In this document: in pieces, positions 6,974-15,880 of the stretch
Layout: every line of letters starts with the position of its first letter
Position numbering within the stretch: position 1 is the stretch's first letter
Sequence record: LR756500.1
Direction: 5' to 3' (one strand)
Length of the DNA stretch: 64,000 nucleotides
Notes under the pieces: generated by a model
Told to the model about the DNA's origin: nothing
The model's input: only the letters and a program-made list of their open reading frames with translations
Database searches by the model: none
Translations under genes and position numbers: made by a program

Positions 6974-8470
6974 TCCCGTGGGGGCGGCTGTTAGTAAACC
7001 TATATTTCTTCTTCCGTGTTTAATTAACAGTTCACTTACTTCAGAATCTGCTTTAATTAATCTTTGAATAAATGAATTTCCAATTTCTTTATCTCCATCA
7101 TATATTTTAAAAGATCCTCTATCTTTTGCTAATAAACATGATGATTTATAAACTTCAATTGCCATTATTTTATGAACTTCTTCAGAAAATTTTATAGCAT
7201 CATCTGTAGCATAAGTTAAACCTAATGCAGCTAACATGTCTCCTTCAGCAGTAATACCGATTCCAACTCTTCTGCCTAATAAAGCTTTTTCTTTAATTTT
7301 TTTCCATAAATTTAACTCTATTAATTTAACTTCATCAGATTCTTTATCATTATTAATTTTTTCTAATATTTTATCAATTTTTTCTATTTCTAAATCAATA
7401 ATATCATCTGATATTTTTACTGCATATTTTATATGTTCTTTAAATAACTCAAAATTAAATTTTGCTTCTTTTGTAAATGGATTATCTATATATGAATATA
7501 AATTTATAGCAAGTAACCGACAGCTGTCATACTTACATAGGGCGATTTCCCCGCACGGATTTGTAGAAACAGATTTAAATCCAACATCTGCATAACAATC
7601 TGGCACTGATTCACGTATTATAGTATCCCAAAATAATATTCCAGGTTCAGCTGATTTCCATGCGTTGTGAATAATTTTTTTCCATAATTTTTTAGCATCT
7701 ATTTCTTTAACTATTTTTGCTTTTTCTTTTTGTACGTTTATGGGATATTGTTGAAAATATGATGTATTATTTAAAACTGCCGTCATAAATTCATCATCTA
7801 ATTTAACTGATATATTAGCACCAGTAACTTTACCTTCTGCTAATTTAGCATCAATAAATTCTTCTGTATCTGGATGTTTTATAGATATGCTAAGCATAAG
7901 GGCCCCCCTTCTGCCGTCTTGAGCTACTTCTCTAGTAGAATTAGAGTATCTTTCCATAAAAGGAACTATACCTGTAGATGTCAGTGCAGAATTTTTAACA
8001 GCAGATCCTTTTGGTCTAATATGACTTAAGTCGTGACCAACACCGCCTCTTCTTTTCATTAATTGTATTTGTTCTTGATCTATTTTTAAAATAGATCCAT
8101 AAGAATCACCTTCATCACCAATGACAAAACAATTAGATAATGAAACAATTTGTAAATTATTTCCAATACCCGACATAGGACCGCCTTGTGGAACAATATA
8201 CTTAAAATCCTTAATTAATTCAAATATTTTATCTTCTGATATTGGATTAACATAATTATTTTCTATTCTTGAAATTTCACCTGCTAATCTGTGATGCATA
8301 TCATCAGGTGTTTTTTCATAAAATTTTCCATCAGAATCTTTAATAGCATATTTATTTAAAAATACTTTTGCTATCATTTCATCTCCTTTAAAATATTTTA
8401 AAGATTCTTCTAAAGCTTCATTATAAGTATACGTATTAATAACTTCTTTATTAATTTTAGTCATTTCCAT
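6626..8470 (-). CDS. nrdJ: Class II ribonucleotide reductase, N-terminal fragment, ending in split-intein N-half
   Basis: LSNCFV, RRGGVGHDLS, QDGRRGALM, TNPCGEI and RRVGIGITAEGDMLAALG, then LLTAAPTG followed directly by intein CLEKDA and a TAA stop. Confidence 0.92.
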   Translation of the reverse strand: MEMTKINKEVINTYTYNEALEESLKYFKGDEMIAKVFLNKYAIKDSDGKFYEKTPDDMHHRLAGEISRIENNYVNPISEDKIFELIKDFKYIVPQGGPMSGIGNNLQIVSLSNCFVIGDEGDSYGSILKIDQEQIQLMKRRGGVGHDLSHIRPKGSAVKNSALTSTGIVPFMERYSNSTREVAQDGRRGALMLSISIKHPDTEEFIDAKLAEGKVTGANISVKLDDEFMTAVLNNTSYFQQYPINVQKEKAKIVKEIDAKKLWKKIIHNAWKSAEPGILFWDTIIRESVPDCYADVGFKSVSTNPCGEIALCKYDSCRLLAINLYSYIDNPFTKEAKFNFELFKEHIKYAVKISDDIIDLEIEKIDKILEKINNDKESDEVKLIELNLWKKIKEKALLGRRVGIGITAEGDMLAALGLTYATDDAIKFSEEVHKIMAIEVYKSSCLLAKDRGSFKIYDGDKEIGNSFIQRLIKADSEVSELLIKHGRRNIGLLTAAPTGCLEKDAIIKTDIGDISLEEIFNINGVNIKELETKNNIWFDLIKPINILDINGNYNKITKLYWNGKTEGYRFKLDKDYNIFTSKVHKFLVLINDKEAIWKNAEELKVGDKIIKKIN

Positions 8471-8484
8471 TATTATTTATTTTT

Positions 8485-10428
8485 TTATTTTTTATATTCA
8501 AATTTATAGTTACCTGTTCCAAAACACCTATAACAACCTCTATCATGCATTATATCTACCTCTGTTAAACNNNNNNNNNNNNNNNNNNNNNTTAATTTAT
8601 CCTTCCTAAACTTAAACCTATTCTCCCTTAAACCATCTACTACCCACCAATAATTCAAACCAGTATGCCCTATATATTTAAAACCTAATTTTATATATAA
8701 GTTATCTTGCTCATCAACCGTCCAATCACAATCGGCATAACTTATTATTCTATTCGGTATATACTCCTTTATAAAATGCTTAAATAAGCGACTAGCTCCA
8801 CCAATAACTGAAGTATCTAATTTATTAGCAAATCTAGTCAACTCATACTCTCCTTCTTTAGCTACTTGATTTAAATTTTTACGTAGTTTACCAAAGGTCA
8901 TTAATGATACTAACNNNNNNNNNNNNNNNNNNNNNNNNNNNNNNNNNNNNNNNNNNNNNNNNNNNNNNNNNNNNNNNNNNNNNNNNNNNNNNNNNNNNNN
9001 NNNNNNNNNNNNNNNNNNNNNNNNNNNNNNNNNNNNNNNNNNNNNNNNNNNNNNNNNNNNNNNNNNNNNNNNNNNNNNNNNNNNNNNNNNNNNNNNNNNN
9101 NNNNNNNNNNNNNNNNNNNNNNNNNNGAGTTTAACTCCTTTTTCTTTAGCTAATGCTGTCTTATTTAAATGATAATCTTTAAGTTTATTGAATTCATTGT
9201 GCCAATAAACTCCATTATGTTCTATTCCAATCTTATTATTTGGTATATAAATATCTATCTCATTACCATTTAAAATAGTTCGATCTTTTTTAGTTTCTAT
9301 ATTTAAATCATTTATAAATAATTTAATCTCTTCTTCATTTTTACTTTCAAAAGAATTTGTAGAATTTAAAGGATTACATATNNNNNNNNNNNNNNNNNNN
9401 NNNNNNNNNNNNNNNNNTAAAAGATGTATATTTATATTTTTATAATCTTTGCATTCACTACAATAAAAATCCAATGTTCCATTTTCATATACCTGTTTAA
9501 TATCTAAATTATTATATCGTTCTTTTATTTTATTTTTATGTTTTTCAAATATAATTTTTTTAAAATATATACTCTTAAAAATAATTTTGTTTTTGTATCG
9601 TTCTAAATTAGTATCCTTAATTTTTTCTTGTATATCTTTACACTGTGCTACATTTTCAACTCCATAACGTTCTAAATTAGTATCCTTAATTTTTTCCTTA
9701 ATATCTTCTCTTTGTAATGTATTTTCAACTCTATAACGTTCTAAATTAGTATCCTTAATTTTTTCTTGTATATCTTTACACTGTGCTACATTTTCAACTC
9801 CATAACGTTCTAAATTAGTTTTTTTAATTTTTTCTTGTACATCTTTTCTTTGTATAGCATGCTCTACTCCATATAGTTCCAAATTATTTTTAATAATCTT
9901 ATCTTTTATATCTTTATATTGTAAACTACATTCAACTCCATATTTTTTANNNNNNNNNNNNNNNNNNNNNNNCTTAACATCTTTTGCTTGAAAACTATGC
10001 TCAACTCCATATCGTTTTAAAAATGTTTTTTTAATTTTTTCTTTTACAATATTACTTGATCCTGAATTTTCACATCCATATCTTTCTAAATTAGTTTTTT
10101 TAATTTTTTCTTGTACATCTTTTCTTTGTAAAACAGATGTAATTCCTTCATTTTTTAAAAGTCTTTCTTTAGTTTTTATATGTGCACATTTTAAACATGA
10201 ATATTTATCTGTTAATTTATTGGTCTGTGAAAAATATTTATTATATACAACTTTTTTTTCAATACCACAATAATCACATTTAACATTAATTTTAATACCA
10301 CAGCCGGAATTTAAATTATTAATATCTAAAATTATTATTGATTTTATTTTAATATCTAAATATAAATTTTTATAAAATCTTATATTATTTGAAGTAATAT
10401 TAATTTCAACATTTTTATCTAAAATCAT
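8485..10428 (-). CDS. Hef-like homing endonuclease with tandem KTNLERYGVEN repeats
   Basis: Zn-ribbon CDYCG...CLKC, about 23-aa repeats, EIDIYIP...GIEHNGVYWH nuclease motif and C-terminal YELTRFANK...VIGGASRLF...IISYAD domain. Interrupted by four N-runs. Confidence 0.7.
   Translation of the reverse strand: MILDKNVEINITSNNIRFYKNLYLDIKIKSIIILDINNLNSGCGIKINVKCDYCGIEKKVVYNKYFSQTNKLTDKYSCLKCAHIKTKERLLKNEGITSVLQRKDVQEKIKKTNLERYGCENSGSSNIVKEKIKKTFLKRYGVEHSFQAKDVKXXXXXXXXKKYGVECSLQYKDIKDKIIKNNLELYGVEHAIQRKDVQEKIKKTNLERYGVENVAQCKDIQEKIKDTNLERYRVENTLQREDIKEKIKDTNLERYGVENVAQCKDIQEKIKDTNLERYKNKIIFKSIYFKKIIFEKHKNKIKERYNNLDIKQVYENGTLDFYCSECKDYKNINIHLLXXXXXXXXXXXXICNPLNSTNSFESKNEEEIKLFINDLNIETKKDRTILNGNEIDIYIPNNKIGIEHNGVYWHNEFNKLKDYHLNKTALAKEKGVKLXXXXXXXXXXXXXXXXXXXXXXXXXXXXXXXXXXXXXXXXXXXXXXXXXXXXXXXXXXXXXXXXXXXXXXXLVSLMTFGKLRKNLNQVAKEGEYELTRFANKLDTSVIGGASRLFKHFIKEYIPNRIISYADCDWTVDEQDNLYIKLGFKYIGHTGLNYWWVVDGLRENRFKFRKDKLXXXXXXXXLTEVDIMHDRGCYRCFGTGNYKFEYKK
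9585..9840. repeat. About 69-bp coding tandem repeat (KIKDTNLERYGVENVAQCKDIQE units)
   Basis: cgttctaaattagtatccttaattttttc recurs about every 69 nt; more diverged copies extend to about 10130. Confidence 0.8.
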
Positions 10429-11843
10429 GCACTTTTTCTTTTTTCTAATATATGTTTAATTTCATCTGCTTCCATTTCATATTTAAACATTTCTTTTTTA
10501 TATTCTTTTCTTTGACTATAAAGTCTATTCAATATACCTTTTAATATTGAATCTTTTGTACTATATACACACCCATTAACTGCTACAATTCTATCATCTT
10601 GTTTATATTCATTTCTTACATCAGGATCAACTTTCATTATAAATGAATCAGGAGATACATTCATCTGTCTCATAATCGAAGGATAAAGTGATGCAAAATC
10701 AAAGCAAGCTACTGCTTTATGACGTCCTGTAATTGGTTTTTTAACATAAGCACCTTCATATTGTTCATCTTTATTTTCTTTTCTAATATTAAAATCTGAG
10801 GCTAATATTTTGTTATCTTTTAAAAATTCTCTTGCTAATAATGATTCAGTAATTGAAACTGGTGAATCAGCTTTATAAATACTAATTTTACATAGATTAG
10901 CTAATGTTAAAACTATTTCCATTGTTTTAAGTTTTTCATGAATTAGCATTACTAATAATGTATCAACTGCAGTATAAAATACATATTTTTCAAAATCTTT
11001 TTCTAATAGATCTTTTAAACTTCCATCGTAACTAATTTTCTTTAAACCTACTACTACCTCTGCTACCGTATTTAATTTAAAATTTTCTTTGACATCTACA
11101 CTTCTATCCCATGCTTTATAAAGATCCATATAGTCCATTATTCCAACATGTAGTGGAATATCATTATTTTGATTATTTAATTTTCCGCTTGGTGATGCTA
11201 TAGAAGGATCAATTCCTAATCGACGAGCTCTATTTATAATATATTTCCAATCATAACCAATTACATTCCAACCACTCATCATTGGTATTTTTTTCTGTAC
11301 TATTTCACTTAAAAAAGTATACAGCATGTCATATTCTGTATCAAACTTTTTATAAATAAAGGTAAATTTTTTACCAGTTTGTTCAAAGTATTTATCTATA
11401 CTAGATTGAACATTAGCAATACTTTTTGCAGGCAAATTCAAATGTGAAAATACGATTACTTGATTTTTAGGAGTTGTAAAAGTAATTGTAGTAATTTTTT
11501 CTTTTGCAGAATCTGCTTCTGGAAATCCATCAACAATTTCAACTTCTATATCAATAAAATAAATATCTGGATAGTGTGTTCCAAAAATTTCATCTTGATC
11601 TTCTTTAGATAATCTTTCAAATAATTCTGTTATTGAATGTTTATTTAAAAATTTTGAAGTATATTTTTTAACAGCACGTCCATCCCAATTTGTAAACTTC
11701 TTATCTTTTGATTTATCACTTTCACGACAAATCATCCAATTAGATATATTTTTTAATGGTATTGTTTTAAATGAAACTTTTCCTTCACTATTATAATAAG
11801 ATATAATTAATGAATTACCTTCATTCTCAATGTCTAATAGCAT
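10425..11843 (-). CDS. Family-B DNA polymerase, N-terminal part only (gp43A-like)
   Basis: Exonuclease motifs DIE, SGWN and Y...D, plus polymerase region DFASLYPSIM and L..LYSQRKEYK. It ends before the KxxxNSxYG and YGDTDS motifs. Confidence 0.88.
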   Translation of the reverse strand: MLLDIENEGNSLIISYYNSEGKVSFKTIPLKNISNWMICRESDKSKDKKFTNWDGRAVKKYTSKFLNKHSITELFERLSKEDQDEIFGTHYPDIYFIDIEVEIVDGFPEADSAKEKITTITFTTPKNQVIVFSHLNLPAKSIANVQSSIDKYFEQTGKKFTFIYKKFDTEYDMLYTFLSEIVQKKIPMMSGWNVIGYDWKYIINRARRLGIDPSIASPSGKLNNQNNDIPLHVGIMDYMDLYKAWDRSVDVKENFKLNTVAEVVVGLKKISYDGSLKDLLEKDFEKYVFYTAVDTLLVMLIHEKLKTMEIVLTLANLCKISIYKADSPVSITESLLAREFLKDNKILASDFNIRKENKDEQYEGAYVKKPITGRHKAVACFDFASLYPSIMRQMNVSPDSFIMKVDPDVRNEYKQDDRIVAVNGCVYSTKDSILKGILNRLYSQRKEYKKEMFKYEMEADEIKHILEKRKSA

Positions 11844-11862
11844 AAAATTTAAGATTTAAATA

Positions 11863-12426
11863 TTAATTACCAGTATGTCCGAATCCACCTTCTCCTCTTT
11901 GTGTTTTTTCTGTATAAAGTTCATTTTCAGGTACTTCGATTATGTCAGATAAATAAATAGGAATTTCTAAAAATTGAATTAATTTCATATTAGGAGTTAA
12001 TGTAACTATATTTTCATTTGAAGTGTTATATACATTTAAATGAATTTCGCCCTGATAATCCTGATCAACTACACTTGCCAGGAAGGAAATGCCTAATTTA
12101 GAACCTACACCTGATTTAGTATGAGCTATTAAAGCTCTATCTTTTCCCATTTTTACTTTTATTCCAGAAGGAATATTTATTCTTTCACCTGGACCTAATA
12201 CTATACCTATTACTTTATCTAATTCATAGGTCATTGGCATGCTATTCATTATATCTTTATTTTTAGATACAATATCATCAATAAATTCTTGTGTAAATTC
12301 TGGAATAAAAAAATCAATACCTGCTGATTCAGATGTTCCACGTGTTGGAAGTTTTACTTCTCTTGTTTTAGAAAAAAATATTTTATTTTCTTGCATATTA
12401 AGATTTTTTAGAGTTAGACTTTTCAT
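11863..12426 (-). CDS. dut: dUTPase (trimeric type)
   Basis: SAGIDF, KSG, VVDQDYQGEIH, QF and RGEGGFGHTG: all five motifs are present. Confidence 0.92.
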   Translation of the reverse strand: MKSLTLKNLNMQENKIFFSKTREVKLPTRGTSESAGIDFFIPEFTQEFIDDIVSKNKDIMNSMPMTYELDKVIGIVLGPGERINIPSGIKVKMGKDRALIAHTKSGVGSKLGISFLASVVDQDYQGEIHLNVYNTSNENIVTLTPNMKLIQFLEIPIYLSDIIEVPENELYTEKTQRGEGGFGHTGN

Positions 12427-12613
12427 TTTTCTTTTCAGCTTTTCTTTCAGCTATTTCATCAGCTCTTTTTTCAGCAGCTTGTTTAGAGATATCTCTAATT
12501 TTTAATTTCCATTCCTTTTTAGGAGTATAAAAATAACCATTAGTATTAACTAATTTTTCGGCTATTTCATTATTTACTCGTAAAATTTCATCATTCTTTT
12601 TTACTGTTTTCAT
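12398..12613 (-). CDS. Small basic hypothetical protein
   Basis: 71-aa ORF with AT-rich codon usage like its neighbours; overlaps the dut start. Confidence 0.6.
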   Translation of the reverse strand: MKTVKKNDEILRVNNEIAEKLVNTNGYFYTPKKEWKLKIRDISKQAAEKRADEIAERKAEKKNEKSNSKKS

Positions 12614-12674
12614 AATTATAACATATTAAAATTTAAATTTATATGCATTATTATGCTTTTGTTTCACCTGAGAC

Positions 12675-12710
12675 AATTGTGGCTTCTAAAGTATATTAGA
12701 AGCCACAATT
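12675..12710. terminator. Strong stem-loop just after the 12716..13180 stop
   Basis: 15-bp perfect inverted repeat aattgtggcttctaa / ttagaagccacaatt with a 6-nt loop. Confidence 0.65.
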
Positions 12711-12715
12711 TTAAA

Positions 12716-13180
12716 TTAACCTTCAAGATTTTGTGAAGCATTAATATCTCCAATATAAGCTTCTACATCATCATCTGTCAATTCAGCTTGTTTACCGTTT
12801 TCTAATTGTACTAAATATTTTCCTGTATCTTCACTCCATGAAATAATATCGCCTACTAATCCATCAGCTTTACATTTAACTTTAGATCCAGGTATTAAAT
12901 GACTTTCACCAACCAATTTTTGAGTTTTAGCTCCTAATCTATTATTATCATCATTAACTATAACTTCAATTTCAGTTTCATTAAATTGTTGTTGTCCACT
13001 ATCATCTAAACTAACATTATATTTTTTAATATCTTCACTCCAAGAGTTTAAATATCCTAATTGACCACTAGCTTTTACTTTTATTCTAGTACCTGGTGTT
13101 ATAACATCGGCTTCTTTAACCAAATGCTGATTAGTTTTAACGTCGTTTACAAACTCTTCAAATAATTTTACGTATTCCAT
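12716..13180 (-). CDS. Protein with two tandem SH3/KOW-like beta repeats and capsid-targeting-like tag
   Basis: ITPGTRIKVKASGQLGYLNSWSED..KYNVSLD is repeated as LIPGSKVKCKADGLVGDIISWSED..KYLVQLE. N-terminus is MEYVKLFEEFVND. Confidence 0.65.
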   Translation of the reverse strand: MEYVKLFEEFVNDVKTNQHLVKEADVITPGTRIKVKASGQLGYLNSWSEDIKKYNVSLDDSGQQQFNETEIEVIVNDDNNRLGAKTQKLVGESHLIPGSKVKCKADGLVGDIISWSEDTGKYLVQLENGKQAELTDDDVEAYIGDINASQNLEG

Positions 13181-13200
13181 TGTATATTGTTTTTATTTAT

Positions 13201-13584
13201 TTATTTGTATTCTGTTTTAAATTCATTAAACGTTTTAATGAATTTTAATTTCTTTTTTTTATTTAATAGTATATCACCTGATCCTAGTATTTGTTTTGAA
13301 AAATTAGTTGACAAATCAGGATCACCAGGCAATTTAACTGAACCTATTCCATTAACATTAATTGGAGTACTTGCTACTGGGGCAGTGCTTGTAATAGAAG
13401 TATTTTCATTAGCTTTTTTCATTTCTTCATCAGTAGTATGCGCATAATCTTTTATTTCTTTTATAGTCATTCCATTTGCAGCATCAATTACTTCTTTACT
13501 AACTTCTGATTCTTTCTTTTTACCTTCTTTATATGCTAAAACTATATTAAAAAAAGCTCTCTGTTTTACACTAGTTGATGGCAT
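13201..13584 (-). CDS. DUF3008-like protein
   Basis: MPSTSVKQRAFF...A.KEG.....SKEV...A.GM...EIKDYAHT pattern; a tag-like LKFIKTFNEF sits at the C-terminus. Confidence 0.6.
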   Translation of the reverse strand: MPSTSVKQRAFFNIVLAYKEGKKKESEVSKEVIDAANGMTIKEIKDYAHTTDEEMKKANENTSITSTAPVASTPINVNGIGSVKLPGDPDLSTNFSKQILGSGDILLNKKKKLKFIKTFNEFKTEYK

Positions 13585-13592
13585 AATATAAT

Positions 13593-13877
13593 TTATTTTG
13601 TCATATCTATTCCTAATAAATCTTTAGCTAATTTTAATGCATCAGGTTCATCTACTATTCCACTCTTAACTAATTCAGAATAGTATTTAGGATTTTCTGT
13701 TAAATGATCGATTGCAACTTCTTTTGCTGTTGATTTATCACTAGAGTGTTCAGCTTCTACTGCAATTCCAACTTCTAATTCATTTTTATCGATAGTTGAT
13801 TCATCAGTATCATCACCTTTACCTCCAATTAAAACTTGTTCATTAATAAATTCTAAATAAGTTTTTACAAATTCCAT
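13593..13877 (-). CDS. DUF5661-like protein with capsid-targeting-like tag
   Basis: ELEVGIAVEAEH...AKEVAIDHLTENPKYYSEL motif. N-terminus is MEFVKTYLEFINE. Confidence 0.7.
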   Translation of the reverse strand: MEFVKTYLEFINEQVLIGGKGDDTDESTIDKNELEVGIAVEAEHSSDKSTAKEVAIDHLTENPKYYSELVKSGIVDEPDALKLAKDLLGIDMTK

Positions 13878-13887
13878 ATTATTGTTT

Positions 13888-15849
13888 TTATTTATATATT
13901 TCTTTTTTTAATTCATCATAAAATGAATGTAATACTGTTGGAACCATAACTTTAAATACTTCATAATTATCATCTTTAATTGCAGTTCTAACAACCGATG
14001 CACTAATATCTTCATCTGCTCTTTTAATTTCAAATAACTCAAAATCATTTAGCATATTTAATTCATCTTTATATTTATCTATTTGTATTTTGAATGTTTT
14101 TAATCTATCTGTACCTACTCCCCATTTTAGAGGTTCATATTCAGGACGTAATGAATTAAATATTTTATCTACTGATGCTGAATCAATAATAAATACATTT
14201 TCTAGAAACTCATAATTTAATTTTAGTGCATCAAACATTCTTAATTGTAATTCTTTATCGAAAGGATTTAAATCTTTATCTTGTGAAGTCTCTTTACCTT
14301 TAACTATAAAAATTATAACAGGGAGTTTATTTGTCATATGTAATTTATTTAAAACTTTTATATGACCTAATGTAAAAGGTTGAAATCTTCCTACAAATAT
14401 ATTTACTTGTTGTTTTCCATGTTCTTTATCTTTAATATTTAATGCTTCGAATGTTGAATCTTCTAATTTTTCTATATTACTTTCTAATTTATTTAATTCT
14501 TTTTTTAAAAAATCAATAGTTGGAATATTTATAGGATTACTTTCTATTGTTATAGTTATACTATTTTCAGAAACGTCTTCCTCTTCTTCATATATATTAT
14601 CATTCATTTCTTTCATAATAATATAATCACCAAAAGTTTTAAATGAATCATCAGATTCAGCTTCTGTTGCATCTTTTATTTTTCCTATTATAATATTAAT
14701 TTCTTTAATAATAGGTTCTGTTAATACATTGGTAGTCTTTTTTCTCTTTTTTCTTAATGATGATAAAAATATTTTAAATAAATCTTTTAATTTATCTGAT
14801 GAATTTAAATATTCTTTTGTCTTTTGATTTTTAATTAATTCAATATTTAAATCAAATTCTTTCTTTTTTGCAAAACTTGGAGTTTCAAAATCTATATCTT
14901 TGTATTTATCTATATTTTTATTAACATACTTATTAAATATATCACAAATAATTTCAATATATCTTTCATCAGGTTTAATAGATAAAATGCCAACAGATAA
15001 AACGGATTTATTTCTTTCTATAAATTCAATTATATCTAATAATATTATTGAATAAATATCTTTAATAGTTCTAGTATCTTGTACTTTATTTTTCTCTTGT
15101 ATATTTTTTATAATTGGATCTATTATTTTTCCAATATATGTTTTATCATTGTGCTCATCAAAAAATTTAAATACAATTGAATCTATAGGTTTAATTAAAT
15201 CATTATTTAATGTAGTTTTTTTAAGAGATGGATTTAAAATACTTATAATATATTTAGTAAATGAATCTGTTCCAAATATATCACCTAAAGAATCTTTATC
15301 AGTTTTTATAAAATCTTTTATTTGATTTTTTTGCTTATCATTTAATACACCTTCAAAAATAATAGGAGGACCTTGTACTTCTAGTTTATTAGCCCATTCA
15401 TTTAAAATTTTAGAATTATCTATAACTTTAATTGTTTTATTTTGATTATTTTTTACCAATATATGTGTTAATACTAAATTATTAGTAGGTAAATTATCAT
15501 AAACAATATTTACTGGACTTTTATTTACAAAATATTGAAAACTAAATCTCCAATTATCTGGTATTTCTTTTAAAACAGATTTATCAATTTTATTAACAAA
15601 ATGATTTCTAACAGATTCATAATATATCATTAATGTTCTATCTATAATACTTAATGGAATTCTATCATCCCTTTTAAATATATCTATTGGGTCATTAACG
15701 ATATTTTTTCTATCAGCATCTATTTTTTGAACATATACTGTAGATCCATCTAAATTTTCACTTATAATCGTATATTTTTCGAGTAATTCTTCAATAAACT
15801 TATTACCCTGTTCTTTATAAATATCTTTTATTTCTTGTATTCCTGCCAT
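13888..15849 (-). CDS. Two-domain protein: degenerate ligase-like N-domain plus C-terminal HIGH-family nucleotidyltransferase (cytidylyltransferase-like)
   Basis: N-terminal ISENLDG (KxDG motif with K replaced by N). C-terminal FVGRFQPFTLGH, VGTDR and ISASVVR. Confidence 0.7.
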   Translation of the reverse strand: MAGIQEIKDIYKEQGNKFIEELLEKYTIISENLDGSTVYVQKIDADRKNIVNDPIDIFKRDDRIPLSIIDRTLMIYYESVRNHFVNKIDKSVLKEIPDNWRFSFQYFVNKSPVNIVYDNLPTNNLVLTHILVKNNQNKTIKVIDNSKILNEWANKLEVQGPPIIFEGVLNDKQKNQIKDFIKTDKDSLGDIFGTDSFTKYIISILNPSLKKTTLNNDLIKPIDSIVFKFFDEHNDKTYIGKIIDPIIKNIQEKNKVQDTRTIKDIYSIILLDIIEFIERNKSVLSVGILSIKPDERYIEIICDIFNKYVNKNIDKYKDIDFETPSFAKKKEFDLNIELIKNQKTKEYLNSSDKLKDLFKIFLSSLRKKRKKTTNVLTEPIIKEINIIIGKIKDATEAESDDSFKTFGDYIIMKEMNDNIYEEEEDVSENSITITIESNPINIPTIDFLKKELNKLESNIEKLEDSTFEALNIKDKEHGKQQVNIFVGRFQPFTLGHIKVLNKLHMTNKLPVIIFIVKGKETSQDKDLNPFDKELQLRMFDALKLNYEFLENVFIIDSASVDKIFNSLRPEYEPLKWGVGTDRLKTFKIQIDKYKDELNMLNDFELFEIKRADEDISASVVRTAIKDDNYEVFKVMVPTVLHSFYDELKKEIYK

Positions 15850-15880
15850 CAGTATTAAAATTTAATGATTATATTATATA

